Source: Paraspadella gotoi
Lineage: Eukaryota > Animalia > Chaetognatha
Assembly: GCA_051294375.1 (NCBI GenBank)
Contig: CM119267.1
Span: 22,259,486 to 22,323,485, forward strand
Length of the DNA: 64,000 bases
Reading direction: 5' to 3'
In this document: positions 50,158-63,687 of the stretch, piece after piece
Layout: every line of letters begins with the position of its first letter
Position numbering within the stretch: position 1 is the first letter of the stretch
Made by a program: the position numbers and the translations under genes
Notes under the pieces: model-generated
Told to the model about the DNA's origin: nothing
Database searches by the model: none
The model's input: only the letters and a program-made list of their open reading frames with translations

Positions 50158-53100
50158 TCATATATATTGCGGCGTCTCTTGACCGGTGAGCAGGCGAAAG
50201 ATAGAAGTGGGCATGGTCTTCATCTGAATCTCCCCCACCGAATTGGCGAGGACGGAGACGATCTTTTCGTGAGCGACGGCGACGACGGAGGAGCCGTTGA
50301 TCTCGATGATGCGGTGCCCGACGCGGACGCCGCCCCGCTCGGCCAGACCCCCGCGCAAAATGGAGCAGATGATGCCATTTTGGACGGAGAAGCCGAGCGG
50401 GCAGCGGACGTCGGGCCTTTTCAGGCGGACCTCGACGACGGGCGCGCAAGGCACCACGGAGAAACGGGCCACCGTCTGCGACTTGGCCGCCTTGATGTGC
50501 GACTGGCACGTGGAAAGCGGGAGCCCCACGAGCGAGACCCCGTTGATGGCGAGCAGCTGGTCGCCGATGTTGAGCTGGCCGCTGCGGGCGGCGGCGCCCT
50601 GGGGCATGAGATTGGCGACGACGACGGTGGGGAGCATCGATCCCCAGCCAGACTCGACGATGACGACGCCGACCATCTCCCCCTTGGCTTTGGTCACGAC
50701 CACCTCGCGCTGCTTGTCGTCCGATGAGAAAAGCGTGAGCTCGTCATTGAAGATCTCTTGGGACGCCAGCACTTCTTGGTAATCCACTTCCTTCAAGAAG
50801 CTGTGGTCCTCGATTCCGTTGGCTTTGAGGAATTCCCGGTACGCTACCTGAAAGGCCTGGCCGATGGCGCGCGCAATGTCCTGAGCCTCTTCGCTCTCGA
50901 ACACGTGGCACACCATCTTGTGCTGCTGCGTCCGGCGTTGGACCGCGTCGAGGCCCCCGCCGCCGTTGGGATCATCGGCCGGCGACGACGGCGACCGGTT
51001 CCGGCGCGCCATGAGGACGACGATGTCCCCGATATCAGCGATGTAGGATATGGTGCGGAGGGAATGATCCATCATGATTTCTTGGAGATCCGTGTTGAGG
51101 ACAAGGATTCGCTCTGTTGAAACGAACAGTTCCACATCTGTGCTCGGCTGAGATTCACCTTGGGGAGCCTTTATTCGAGCGATCGCCTCCTGGGCTTGCA
51201 TCATGCGCAGACTCTTGGAGGGGCGTCCCTCGGTAGAGAGCTGCGTGGACCCCAGATAGCGCGCTCCATAAAGAACGCCTTCAATTAGGATGGTCGGGTT
51301 GTCCGGCGACGCCACTTTAACCCTCATATCCTTAATGCGTGATTTTTCAGCGAGGCGTTTCAGCGGAGACTGCTCCACTTCGGGAATCTCCACGGTCGTG
51401 CTGCGCCTGTATTCGTGATCTACGAGCCTGTCCGTTTCAACATCGTCGCAGTAACCCTTCTCCATGTCCTTTGATTCCGAGCTGTCCTCGGATAATCTCC
51501 GACTGGGATCAGAGGGGGTCTGAGAAGCAGCAGCAGCAGCAGCGGCAGCGAGAGGCCCCCCGGACCCTGTCACGGCGCCGCCAGCTGGAATTTGGGCTTG
51601 GTGGTACAGATCCAGGCCGGAGGTTGTATGATGAAAAGTGCTGGGGGTTCGAGAGGACGCTTGATTTTGATTGGCGGCATGATTCTGCAGCTGCAACCGA
51701 TCCGCGACGGACAATCCGGGCACATTCGGACCATAACCGCCAGACATTCCTGCGGTCGACGAGCGTGAAGCGCCCATGGCGGCGGCCGCTGCAGCCAACG
51801 TCTGAATATCTTCATCCTCGGTGGTGTCGCGATCGGCGAAGGGTCCACGGCCAGCCCGGGACGAAGGGCCGCCGTTGTCGTCCATTCGCCGGACCCAAAC
51901 GGGTTCCCTGGCAAAAGTGCCGACCGAGGATGGCGTCACTTTGAATCCGGCCGACTTCGAATGCCGTATGGCCGATCGAATGTCGGCGATGGCGCGGTCG
52001 ACGCTCTCGCGCGACGGGCCAGCCCCGAGTCCCGGCGTCGACTTGGATCCACGATAGCGCTCCGGTTGTCGTATTCCGTTGTTGTTGAGGCGTTGTTGCT
52101 GATGGCGGCGGAAACCGGCCAATTCGGAATTGAGGTTGTAAGCGTGAGCCTTGGAGGAGAGTTCCTGGTCTTCGGATCGCGACCGAAGTTTGGGAAGCTT
52201 GTAACAAGGGGAATCGGCGACGTCCTTGTCGGCGCCAGCGCCAGAAACGCCTGCTTGTCCATCAAAGGCAATGCCCTCTGCGGCCAACGAGTCGCGATCA
52301 GATTCCGAATCGGAGACGGAAAAGTCGGAGAGGCCTTCCTCGACTTTCGGCAACTCCGCCGTCGTCGCGTCGTTCAGCGCCTCCCACGGAAAGTCGGAGG
52401 CGGCGGAAGGCGCGACGTCAATTTGCATGACGCTTTGGTCCCTTACGGCAGGAGCTGCCGCGGGAGAAATAGCGGGGGCGGCGGAAGGAACCGGGTTGGA
52501 AGAAGAAACGGCGGGGTCTAGCGCGTGTCCGTTCAGCCCGTCAAAGGGATTGTGCGACTGCCGAAGCTGTGGCTGCTGGTGCTGGTTTTGATGACGAAAG
52601 GATTGTGCAAAGTTGTGCTGCAGCTTAAAGGCAGGCGCCCCATTTGCTAGGAGATCGGCGGGGCGTTGAGAACGAACAATCGACTGGGTCTCCGCGTCTT
52701 GAGAGGAGATAGATTTGAAAAGCGTTGTTTGCTGCACAACTTTTTGAGAACGCGGGGGACGCAATTTCTGCTTCTGACGGTCGACGGAATTCCGTTCTGT
52801 TGCCATCGATTCCACTTCGGGATCCTCGTCGCGCGTGCGTGGCGAAAATCTAGCTCCGCGAACTGAGGGCGCCGAATCAGAGCCGGTCAAGGCGGCGCGC
52901 TGCGTATGGCGACCGCGGGAAGAAAAAGACCCGTGAATAGAATCGGATGAAGTGGATGCAGCGAGACGGGAACCGACTGTGTCCGACTTGGATTCGGGGA
53001 GACAGTCGGGGAATTCGGAGCGGCGACGATCGTCGTCATCGTCGTCGTCTTCCTCTCGGGGAGATTCGTCGCGGTAGCGATGGACGCCGCTGATCTGCGG

Positions 53101-54072
53101 CGAACAAGAGCGGCCCCTGACGTCAGCTATGCCGGGAGAGACAGCTAGGCCAGGGAAACGCCGAGAAGGATCGGCAACGGGAGAAGTTCCAGCCTCCGCG
53201 GTAGACGGATCCCCGCAGCTCATGGGGCTGCCAAAGGGCGGCAGCGGCGGATGACTCCGCGGAGATACGTTCTCTTCCATGTCAGCATCGGTAGCGGCGC
53301 CGGCGGCGGGAGCGGAATCGGCGATCGGAGGCAGGGACTCTGAGAGACTGGCATTTAGGTCGTCAAGCCCGGACCGAGGCCGCGCGGAGGAGACGGCGAC
53401 GGCGACGCCGGGACTTCGTCCGAATGGCGCAGGGTGAACCATGGTATGCTGCGAGGCGGCGCGAAAACGTGGATCCAGGGTCACGTGACGCTCAGATTCC
53501 GGCAAATCGAGATCGTCGTCGACAGATGGCGGATCTTCGTCGTCTTCTTCCTCCGTAGAGCGAAGGCGTTGAGCCGCCGGCTGCGGAGTGGCGACGGGCG
53601 CCGCGGCGTCGGCGTTGGAGGGTGATCCTTCGACGCTAGAGTTCATCACCGGAATCACTTCCCGCTCCTCGTCGATTTCCTTGGCTTCCACGGAGAGATC
53701 CGCGTTCCTCGCCCCTTCCTCCTCCTCCTCCTCCCTCCCTTCTTCCTCCTCTAGGCTAGAGGGGGCGGAATCGTTCTGACTAGACTCGGTGCCTTCGAGC
53801 TCATGCCGCTCTCTCTCCTCCTTCTCCGACTCGAGCACCAACTCTTCTTTCCCACTCTCGGTCAGATCGTTGTCGTCGTTGTTAACGATATCGTCCCCGT
53901 TATCGTCTTCGCTCACGTCGTCTGGGTGATCCCGTGACGGCGAAGATTGGCAGTCCGCGGCGTCGGGAGCGGCGGGTGAAGCGGGGGCGGCAGATTGCAA
54001 TGAGGACTCAATTTCCGGCTTTTCGATGGATTCTCCGCCAATTTGGCTTTCGAGGGGCGAGTCGTCGGCCAT
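50158..54072 (-). CDS. APBA1: Mint/X11/LIN-10 adaptor (PTB plus two PDZ domains), single 1304-aa ORF
   Basis: [24 protein letters not shown]; [25 protein letters not shown]; [20 protein letters not shown]; [34 protein letters not shown]; EPVWV CASK-binding-like motif; ends TPQYI. Confidence 0.95.
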   Translation of the reverse strand: MADDSPLESQIGGESIEKPEIESSLQSAAPASPAAPDAADCQSSPSRDHPDDVSEDDNGDDIVNNDDNDLTESGKEELVLESEKEERERHELEGTESSQNDSAPSSLEEEEGREEEEEEGARNADLSVEAKEIDEEREVIPVMNSSVEGSPSNADAAAPVATPQPAAQRLRSTEEEDDEDPPSVDDDLDLPESERHVTLDPRFRAASQHTMVHPAPFGRSPGVAVAVSSARPRSGLDDLNASLSESLPPIADSAPAAGAATDADMEENVSPRSHPPLPPFGSPMSCGDPSTAEAGTSPVADPSRRFPGLAVSPGIADVRGRSCSPQISGVHRYRDESPREEDDDDDDDRRRSEFPDCLPESKSDTVGSRLAASTSSDSIHGSFSSRGRHTQRAALTGSDSAPSVRGARFSPRTRDEDPEVESMATERNSVDRQKQKLRPPRSQKVVQQTTLFKSISSQDAETQSIVRSQRPADLLANGAPAFKLQHNFAQSFRHQNQHQQPQLRQSHNPFDGLNGHALDPAVSSSNPVPSAAPAISPAAAPAVRDQSVMQIDVAPSAASDFPWEALNDATTAELPKVEEGLSDFSVSDSESDRDSLAAEGIAFDGQAGVSGAGADKDVADSPCYKLPKLRSRSEDQELSSKAHAYNLNSELAGFRRHQQQRLNNNGIRQPERYRGSKSTPGLGAGPSRESVDRAIADIRSAIRHSKSAGFKVTPSSVGTFAREPVWVRRMDDNGGPSSRAGRGPFADRDTTEDEDIQTLAAAAAAMGASRSSTAGMSGGYGPNVPGLSVADRLQLQNHAANQNQASSRTPSTFHHTTSGLDLYHQAQIPAGGAVTGSGGPLAAAAAAAASQTPSDPSRRLSEDSSESKDMEKGYCDDVETDRLVDHEYRRSTTVEIPEVEQSPLKRLAEKSRIKDMRVKVASPDNPTILIEGVLYGARYLGSTQLSTEGRPSKSLRMMQAQEAIARIKAPQGESQPSTDVELFVSTERILVLNTDLQEIMMDHSLRTISYIADIGDIVVLMARRNRSPSSPADDPNGGGGLDAVQRRTQQHKMVCHVFESEEAQDIARAIGQAFQVAYREFLKANGIEDHSFLKEVDYQEVLASQEIFNDELTLFSSDDKQREVVVTKAKGEMVGVVIVESGWGSMLPTVVVANLMPQGAAARSGQLNIGDQLLAINGVSLVGLPLSTCQSHIKAAKSQTVARFSVVPCAPVVEVRLKRPDVRCPLGFSVQNGIICSILRGGLAERGGVRVGHRIIEINGSSVVAVAHEKIVSVLANSVGEIQMKTMPTSIFRLLTGQETPQYI

Positions 54073-54533
54073 GTCGAATGAAAGGAGAGACAGTAGAAGA
54101 GGAAAGGTGCGAGAAACGGAGAAGGTGCGAGGAAAGGTGCGACGCGGGATTAGCCATTGAAAAAATAACGGAACTTGGTTATTCGGCGCCGATTTGTGAT
54201 TCCTTTTGTTTTTAGGTGAATTTTTGGAACAGGGGGGGGAGGGAGGGGGTTAGTGATGACTACGGGTTTTTGTACGTATTTGTGGGGTGAAAAGGGGAAA
54301 TAAACGCGGATTCTTTTGAGAGAAAAATTACATTTTCCCTCGATACAGTTTTGTCAATACTACTTTCTTTCCATCTGAAAATATAGAGTAAAGTAAAATA
54401 AACATCTGCTTTCGGCTGTAAACTAATCTGCGTCGTCATTAAAAATCAAGGATTTGAAAACAATTTTCAAGATGGGAGAAGGCCCGGGAGGGCAGGCCGG
54501 GCAGTGAGATATTTGTATACAGAATAGAATTTG

Positions 54534-56663
54534 TCACATTATGTGACCGTTATATTGCGTTTGGTTGGAAAGATTGAATTCGTGGGATTGCTCGTGTTTC
54601 TTCAAATTTGTCTTTTGAATAAATCCTTTTCCACAGTGCTGGCAACTCAACGGTTTTTCGCCTGAAAGAAAGAATATCACAGAGTACTTTTCTAAAAGCA
54701 AAGACCCAGGAAAATTTCATTTTTCCAGTACCAGTATGCGTCATTTCATGGTTTTCCCGATTTCGTTTCAAAAGAAATCCCTTTTGGCAGAAGCGACATT
54801 TGAAAGGCCTAAACCAAAAAAAGAGGCTCAATAATGGAGCAGAATAATTTGTGGTTCATTTCGAATGAGATTGAGTTCATCAATCTCATTTACATATTGT
54901 AGCAGTTTAGATTATTTCTCATATATTTTGATACGGTTTTAATATTCGTCTTATTTTACGACTTTAGCAATACTTTTTCGATCATTTCAGGTAGTAATTT
55001 AGCTTTACAAATGGAAGTATATTTCTTGTTCTGGGAGACTGGCTCATGTGTGATAGAAGATTGTTATTGTCAGAGGATTTCAGGGTCTAAATCACTATGC
55101 ACTTTTCTTTTCTTAGCCTACCACCTATAATATATTAACCATTATGAATCACTATTAATGTAAAGTTAACAATACAATAAATAATGTAATTAACCACTAT
55201 TGCTTCTCTCAATAAGTTAAGCTTATTAGATATTAATTCATTAACATTATCAAGTATAATAGCAAAAAGAACAATTGACGCGAGCATTCTACCACTAACG
55301 ATAAGGTCAATAATAATATAAGATAAAATATATTATTGTTAAATAAATTGCATCCCCATACAACCTAACAGACTCGTACTTTTAGATTTCGACTAACGAA
55401 AATACTTACTTTTCCTTGACGTGAATCTTCTCGTGCCTCTTAAGGTGAGGCAACTCTGAGAAAGCTTTTCCGCAATGTTGACAATGATGAGTTTTCTCTC
55501 GATGCTTCGACATCACGTGAGACTTGAGGAAACGCTCGTGGGTGAATCTTTCAGAGAAATAAAAATAACGGATCAATTAAACAAACAAAAAGCAACAAAC
55601 ATCGTTTCCACGTACCTCTTATCGCAAGACGGGCAAACAACGTTTTTAACAGAGCCAAAGTCTATGAGATGCACCTCCTTGACGTGCATATCTAGCGACT
55701 GTTGCTTTTTAAAAATCTTTCCGCAGTACACACAGAGGACGCCGGCGTCGTGTTCCTTTAGATTGTGTTCGTCCAGCTGCACCTTGAGCGAGAAAGAAGC
55801 TTCGCAGGTGCCGCACTTGAAAGGGTTGTCGCCGACGTGGTCAGAGGCGATGTGAGCTTCCTTTTATTCGAAACAATTTTTTTTCTTGCTTCAACAATAT
55901 CATTAATTATTCATTGTCATTAATCAATAATTAAATTAATTAAATCGAATCATGGAATTGATCAATCAATTAACAATCACAACATTATTTACAAACCACC
56001 CTCTCACCAAAGCCAAGGAATCTTCGAACTTCCTCTCGCAGTATTCGCACGGGACACCTCCTTCATTGGCGTCGAGCGTGGACGACATCCCGTGCTGCTC
56101 GATCTGGTGACGAACAAGAGAAGTGCGCGAACCGAGTTGAAGGCCGCACACTTCGCAAAAGGCGGGTTGCTTGGCGTCCCGCTTGGGTCGGCACTTTTTC
56201 ATGTGATTCTCCAGGTAGTAGCCAAAGGAATACGTCTTGGAACAATGAGGGCAGCGGTGGGGGCGAATCTCTTTGGTGGATTCTTCGGTCAGGTGACCGC
56301 CGGCGGAGGAATTGGCCACCTCTTTATGAAGGGACGGCGAAAATATTCAATGTAATCAATTTCTGTTATTATAGTATGAAAAATAGTCAACTCGCCCTCT
56401 ATCTCCTCCGCAGGAACGGCTCTAGGCGGTGGTTCTCTCTTGTTCGCGTATTTTCGAATGAGTTTGTCTTCGATGAAGTGGCGCTGCTGATGCTGAACCA
56501 GACTGAACAGCTGCCTGAACATCATGGGACACAGAAGGCAGGGAAATCCGCTGGACAAATCCGAGGTGAGGCGGAGCAGGGCGGACTTGGCCTCGGCAGA
56601 AACTCCGGCTCGGGGTTCGATCTCAGGGGTCTTCGCGGAGTCCACATGGTTATCGCACTCCAT
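54534..56663 (-). CDS. Multi-C2H2 zinc-finger protein, multi-exon
   Basis: Fingers CLLC..HQQRH, CPHC.., CEVC.., CVYC.., CRFC..HEMTHT|GEKPLSCQHC; stop TGA at 54534. Confidence 0.8.
54838..54958. repeat. Interspersed repeat family C, copy 2
   Basis: Matches 9872-9990; hairpin aatgagattga-gttca-tcaatctcatt. Confidence 0.75.
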
Positions 56664-56666
56664 GTT

Positions 56667-57790
56667 TTAGAATATTCGAGGGGCGACGACGTCGACGGCG
56701 AGAGATTCGACGGCGAAACCGAGGAGGGTTTGAAGGAGATAGGAGAAGAAGACGATGGCGAAAGACTTGACGTTGTCGAGATTCGTTAAGACGGAGACTG
56801 GAAATGGAGGATTTGAGAAGGCGAAGTCAAAAACTCACTGAAGTCGGACGAATAAATAAAAAAATTGTTTCCCTCTATCCTAACTGACCGACGGCGATGT
56901 ACGAAGTGAGCAGCAAAAGATTGGCGAGTTGCACTGAGACTCCGATATTTTGCGGTTCGCCCCAAATCAAGACTGGCACGGCCACCAAGCGAGCGTATGA
57001 GAAGAGCACCAGCCCGCGCGCCAATTCAAGCGCGGAAATCTTTGGTCCGGAGTGGAAGCGCTTGATGAGGAATGTCAGGATTCCGAGAAAAACTGGAACG
57101 AGAAGAGAAATGTTTTGGCATAATAATAATATTTAATAATTATTCCACTATCATTACTCCCTTAATTTCGCCCACCAGAGAAATCAAAAACGGAGAGGGC
57201 GAACATGAGGTAGAACTTGAGCTCCATGGCGTAAAGGAGCAGCGCATCGATGTTGTGGGCGGCGGGGAGATCTCCTCCATCGACGAGGCGAGACGTCGCC
57301 CATCGCGTGTAGCTCGTGCAGATGAGGTAAACGACTGCGAAAATAAGACGTTAATTACCTCACAAACTTGGGTTCGATAAATGACGAAAAATGATGTGTC
57401 ATTTCGAAAGCCCTGGGGATACAAGTCGTCATGGTCACTGGTCAAATTAAGTGACCACAATAGACCACAACCCCGGAGAGTTATAAATGATTCCTTACTT
57501 CCTAACTTCCAAAACGGCTTGAAGGAAGAGTTGTAGATGACGTGACGAAAGGCGGGTTTCCGGTGCAACAGGACGTCGAGACAAACGAGCACTCCGTCGA
57601 ATTCGACGTATTTGTCGACGTTAGAGCCGCAACCTTCGCACTGAGTCACGAATTTGAAAACGAATTTACAGCAACAATTAACCTCAAATTACCACAAATT
57701 TCACGTCACCTGCTCGAGCTTAACGACGGAACTACTGTACCACCGATAAGCGGCGGGCGTGGCGGCGCCGCACTCTACGCAGACGGTCAT
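56667..57790 (-). CDS. ARV1: ARV1 (ER lipid/sterol homeostasis and GPI-related membrane protein), 5 exons
   Basis: MTVCVECG...VVKLEQ|CEGCGSNVDKYVEFDGVLVCLDVLLHRKPAFRHVIYN; LFSYARLVAVPVLIW; last exon 56667-56797 ends PRIF*. Confidence 0.9.
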
Positions 57791-58194
57791 TTCGAATCAT
57801 AGCTGTTGTCCTCGGCGCGAGTCGAAGGGTTCCTCGTCGCAGCGCCGTTTATTATCAAAGTCATTTTTCGCTGGGAAAGAATTGAATCTGATCGCGGACA
57901 GAAAATTCGGAGGAAAAAAAAACACAAAAAATTGGCGGGGCGAAAACCAAAAACGTTTTTATTTAATTTTAACAATGCGAAACTAAAATTAAGTCATTGT
58001 TTTTACTCGATTTGTGTTTTGGAAAAAAAAAACGCAAAATGAAAAAAAAACCCACTAATATTTAATATTGTTTAAGTGGCCGGAATAAGGCGAGGCACGG
58101 AAGGAGGACCTTTCTCAACCCCCGTCTCTCTCGATCCCGAAAATTCCGACCGGCGAATCGTCTTTTCTTTCTCTCCATAGTCTTTCTCGCTTTC

Positions 58195-59278
58195 TCAACC
58201 GATGATCGCCAGGTCTCCTTTTATCTTATACTGGGGGACCTCGAGGTTGAGGGGGGCGGGGCCCTGTCGAATTCGGCCAGAGGCGTCGTAGTGAGACCCA
58301 TGGCAGGGGCAGTAGTAACCGCCGTAATTGCCCGCGTTGGGGATGGGAACGCAGCCTTATTGATCAAATTTTAAAAAATATATATATAAAAGTAGGACAA
58401 AAAATTTAAAAAAAGATATAAATGAAACACACCTAAATGGGTGCAAATACCGAGGACGATTAAAAATTTTGAATCGACGACCCGCTCCGCGTCGCTTTGT
58501 CGATCTCTCAAGATGTCAAGGTCGACAGATTCCTCTGCAAAAAAACATTCCGACAATTTTTTTTTTGAAAATGAAATAATTTAGTGGACATCCCTATCCC
58601 TGTCGTCGATCCGTACCCGCTTGGATCTCCTCGGCCGTCCGGTGCCTGACGAAGAGCGGCTTCCCTCTCCACTTGAAGGTCATGCTCTTTCCCTCTGGGA
58701 TCTCGTCAAGCTTGACCTCGATCTGCGCCAAGGCCAACACGTCGGCCGACGCCGCCAACGACAACACAAACGTTTGAGCCACGTTCTTGCCGCAGTAAGC
58801 CGCGCCCATCGATCCGACTAATGAATGCAGAGATTAATTTTAGTTCAGTCAATTCACAATTATTTTACAATCCACCTACCCAGAGTGAACGTATAGGTAA
58901 AGATCTTCCGACTGGCTTCCGTGTCCCTGGAGGATTTTCCGGGGTCCTTGGTCGAGTCGCGCCTGTAGACGGAAAAGTCCGGCATCTGGATATCTGTGTG
59001 GACGAAACGGGCGGCGACGCGAGGGTGAATGAGGAACTTCGCGCCCGGTGACCCTGAAGAATGATGAAGCGGGTAATTGAAGTTATAAATAAAAATATAA
59101 TTAATTATTAAGCGTTACCGGTGACTAGCTTAACGCTGTTGCTCGGAGGATGATGCAACTTCTCCTTGATATTCTCCACGGCCAGGGGGACGACCGACTT
59201 GGCCGGATGCGAGAGAAGCTGCGACGTGGCGGAGAAGAAGGGCGACAAGGAGCCGCTGCGACCCACGAAGGACAACAT
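58195..59278 (-). CDS. UQCRFS1: Rieske iron-sulfur subunit of complex III, multi-exon
   Basis: [13 protein letters not shown]; [39 protein letters not shown]; GICTHLG|CVP; [28 protein letters not shown]. Confidence 0.96.
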
Positions 59279-60295
59279 CGTCGACTCGCAACGGCGGAAG
59301 GAAGATTCTCCGCAAAAAAAAAGGTTTTTTTTTAACAAGAGCTTTTTTGTTACAAAAAAAAAGGTATAGCAATTATCAAGTGTAACGAGCATTATATTCG
59401 CTTTTTCGTAAATATTGAATTGTGCAAAATCAGAAAGTAAAAGGTTAATGATCTAGGAAAAAACGACGCGTCGGTAGAAAAAAAAAGAGATGGCTACAAA
59501 ATTTCAATCGGTATAATCAAAATGCTTTTTTTGATTCCGGAAAACTAGCAAAGGAGAGGCATTATCAAAACGTCAAGGAGAACTTCAACTTTGAGAATAT
59601 AAAGTGTATAACCGACGCTAATTATCGAGAGAATAATAAATTACGTTTTTTTAAATTAAAAACTGAAATCACAATGCTGTCGTTATTAAACTTGTCAAAA
59701 AAAAACAAACAAACTTACTGAATAAAACTCGATTGTCTCGTTAAAAAATACACAAAGTTTATGAAAATTTAATAGGAAAACATTAAGTAGACATAAAAAA
59801 TAGTCAAAATAAAAAAATAGAAAAAAGTATAGTACATAAATACGTACATACTAATTATTTTATTCACGTCTGTGCAATCTGGATACCTAAAAAAATTAAA
59901 GAAAAAACGTTATAAATAAAACATGCGTCACTAAAATAGTCCAAAGATCTCAGAATTTGTTCGTAAAATTAACTGTTTTTGAAAAAAATTAGTAGTAAAT
60001 GTCGAAAAGAAAAAATTAAAGCGACGTCATCTCCTTATAAACAACGATCCTTCTCATATCGTTTTATGTTATTTTTCTTTATTTACGAAAAAAAAAATTT
60101 CTTTTAGTACAACAAAAATCAAATTATTGGTTATTGAATCATTCCGTTAAATATGCACTGTTACAGTAACATTTTTTTGCGTCTGGCCATGAGGCGAAAA
60201 CAATAAAAACATAACGTAAAACTGAAACCAGAGTCGAGCGGTACTTTGTCTTAAGAAAAACGAAGAGAGAAACCCCGGTAAATCTTCGTCTCTTT

Positions 60296-63200
60296 TCATT
60301 CGTCCTCCTCTGGGTGAGCCCGGTCGTTGTTGTGCTCCATCGGCTGCAGGCCTCCGTGGTTGACGGAGTCGGTGGGCGCGGCCTCGGCCCCGAGAAACTC
60401 GGACGGAACCTGGGTGACGGCGCAGGCGCTGGCCCACCGCTTGCCCGGCAGAGGCGCCAATTCCACCCAGCGATTGCGCCGATTGTCAAACTTGAAGGCT
60501 GAGTCAAGCATCTTGGTGTTGCCGGGACTCTTGCGCCAACCACCAAAAACGTAGATGTTGCCTGACGGAGAATAAATTAAGAAATTTATATACCTACCTA
60601 CAGAAAAATAATTGAATACATTCGATATTTTGATGGGTGATTACCTTCGTGCTCAGTAGAGGCAATGCCTTTCGTGTTAAAAGTGCAGGGCATGGAACGG
60701 CAGACCTGCGAAGGATATAATTGGACTGTTCTTTCTCAAAGGTTCATTACGACATCCTCATTAGAGTGGAGCACTCAAGAACAAAAAATTTATTTGAATG
60801 ATCGAACAATGATATTTAGATGTGAGATAGTATGATTAACTAGTACAAAAAATATTTTGTTCATATTATCTCGGGAACAGAATAGTAAAATATAATATAT
60901 TTGTAGTAATATCCTTATAAAATAGTAAATTTTAAAAATATTTTTTATAAAGCTTTTATTAAAGATTCAGATTTTTCATAAAAAGTTGAATCAAAAATAT
61001 AAAACATGTTATCAAAAATTCTGTCATCTTCAATGTTTAAAATAAGAAAAAAGGTAAAAATTGCATACTTTTTTATTCTCTGTAGTAAAAACTTATATGA
61101 AATTGGTACAACCAATATAAAAATTATCCATTCATTTAATAAATAAGCTATCTTGCCCCTGACTTTGGACAGGCTTTGGTGGTTTAAGGCCTCCATCACT
61201 CTTACAAGATAATTACATAGCAGGTCCCTGCAAGCTTTCAATATATGTTAAAACGTTTTAGTCATTTTTTGCGGTCTAAACATTAAAATATCATATAACA
61301 TATTTTATAAAAGTTTCTTAGTTTTTTACAGCGAATCCAAATCAGTTCTTAAAAATAAAAAAAAATTATTTGAAAATTTGACGATTTTATAAGGATATTA
61401 CTACATAAATAATTGAATTTGCTAAAAAAATTTTTAAAAGGATTTAAAATTCATTAATTATATGTCCATAGGCAGCAAAAAAATAATGTTAAATCACTCA
61501 ATATTTTCATCACTCCACCCTAGTCCTCATTCCTTATTCTATTATAATCTCGATATGGACGTCGGACAGACAATACCTATGTCACGATTCCTGGTCCCAG
61601 TTTACTACGTCTTATTTACTACTACGTCTGCAATACATGACCTTACAAACCTTCTCCCTCAGGGAGTCGGCAAAAGCCTCATTGGGGGCGGGGAGTTCGG
61701 GGATGGCCACGTTGGTCGAGGACATTGACGGATCGCAGAAAGATTCGATGAACGCTGGTTTACGGAGAATTAGAAGAGAGTGACCCACAATGTCTTTATA
61801 AAAGTTTTTTTTACATATATCAATAGAAATAAAATGAATCCCCACCCAGGTACTCGTTGCACGCCTCGATCTTCGGGCACATGGGCGCCGTGGTCCACAC
61901 GTCGCTCTGCACGTCGTAACGCTCGACGACGACGTTGCCGCGCTCCATGTTGCCGTCGTACCAACCGCTCAGATAGATGAACCGCTCTGACACCTGAGGA
62001 AACAAAAGTGGAGCGAATAAGTTTATTAAAATTTTAGCAGACAAAAACAAATTAATCACCGTAGCGGAGCAGTAAAAAGGCCGAATCCTCGGCGGCGTTC
62101 GCTGCGTCCAGACCCGATCCGGCGACGCAGTCGGGTCATAACAATAAAGGTTGCCCCCGCGAAAGACGAAGAGACAGTTGTCGCAGGCAACGATGCCGTA
62201 AAAGGCGTACTGGTTGTCGTCGTGCCACAGGTAGGGCAGGCTGGTCCAAGAGTTATCCAACGGGTCGAACCGATAAAAGACGTGGGAAACGTGTGGTACC
62301 TCCATTACTAAGTAGACCATTTTGTTGAGAACGGCCATCTGGTGTCCGAAGGTGCCGGAGGGCGTAGAGGACAGCTGGATCCACCGGTCGTCGTCTACAA
62401 CGTAGCCCCAGGTCTGGGCTAGGCCCATGGCCTCCGTGTTCCCGCCCCCAACGAGAAGAATGACGTCCTTGAGGGTGCCCTTGCGAGGGGTGCAAGAGCC
62501 GCAGACGGGCCGCTCGACGGCGCTGAAATAACCCGATTCACGGAGGATGCGGTGCTGGACGGCCTCCTCGACACGACGGAGGCAGGCACGGTCGGCCACG
62601 ACGAACTCTTGCGGCTTAACGACGTTGATGAGGGATTCGAGTTTAAAGAGGCAGAGACGGAGGAATGAGAAAAGGGCTTTGAAGTGCTCTTGTCTAGAGG
62701 ATAAAATGGAGTGCGGAATGGAAAATTTAGTAAAATGTAAAATAATGGATTAACTTGAATCGCCCCCCCATTTTCGTACCTCGCAGAGGCGTCGTGGGCC
62801 ACCCAACGGCACACGACGTCGAACATGGTCTCCTCAGTGATCCGCACATACTCGTTGTTGACCCATTCGAGCAGTTCGTTCTTATCGAAGAGCAAAAAGT
62901 CTTCGCTCTCGATGACGATTTGCATAAAGTTTCGGCACATAAACTCCTTGGCCTTCCGCTCCACCCGGACCAGGTTGAACTCTTTGGAGAGGAGCCAGAT
63001 TGAGACGCAGGAAAAGGCGGAGATGTTGTCCTCGAGAAAGCCGATGCAGTCTTCCTTGAGGTCGGAGAGGAGCAGGTAGTCGGCGATCTGGTAAATGCCG
63101 CGCAAGTTGCTCGCTGAGATGACGATCTCGCCCGTGTAGAGGAAGGTGAGCACCTCGTCCACCGTCTCGGGCGCGAATCCGCTGGAGAGAGTCACTTCCG

Positions 63201-63687
63201 ACTTGGCGTTCTCCGTGAAGCTCTTATTTTCGAAAAGAGTCTTAAAATAGTCGCTCCCCGCGGCCAGGACGCACTTGTGGGCCCAGAGGACGCGGCTGCC
63301 CTCGATCTCGATGGCCATGTCGCAGAGGTGCCGGTCGCGGCGCATGGCGTTGAGACTGGCCAGGGAGCGGGATGTGTGGGAGGAGTCGAGGATACGTTTC
63401 TTGCAGTCCTTGGGTAGCCTGGGATGGATAGATAGAATGAATGAAGAGAAAGTAGTGAGAACTTCGGCCACAACCACTTTGAATTTCACTCACTGAATGG
63501 ACAGCCCGACGAGAGAGGTGGGAGTTGACGGTGGAGGCGGGGGCGTCGCTTCCTGTTCCGTCGTCGGCGCCGAGGATTCGGGCGGCGTCGCTTCCATTCT
63601 TTGTCTTTTTCTCGATACGACGGAACTGGACGAAGACGACGACGCTTTTCTCGACTCTCGACTCCGCTTCCGTGGATTCGAGTCCAT
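60296..63687 (-). CDS. BTB-BACK-Kelch (Kelch-like) protein, multi-exon; start approximate
   Basis: LCDMAIEIEG..AHKCVLAAGSDYFKTLF..FLYTGEI (BTB); EETMFDVVCRWVAHD (BACK); Kelch repeats LVGGG, YRFDPLDNSW, VERYDVQSDVW, YVFGG. Confidence 0.88.
60762..61490. repeat. Repeat family B, copy 2, containing nested family A copy 3 (61098-61242)
   Basis: Colinear with 25200-25700 except for the inserted family A segment and a diverged stretch just left of it. Confidence 0.8.
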
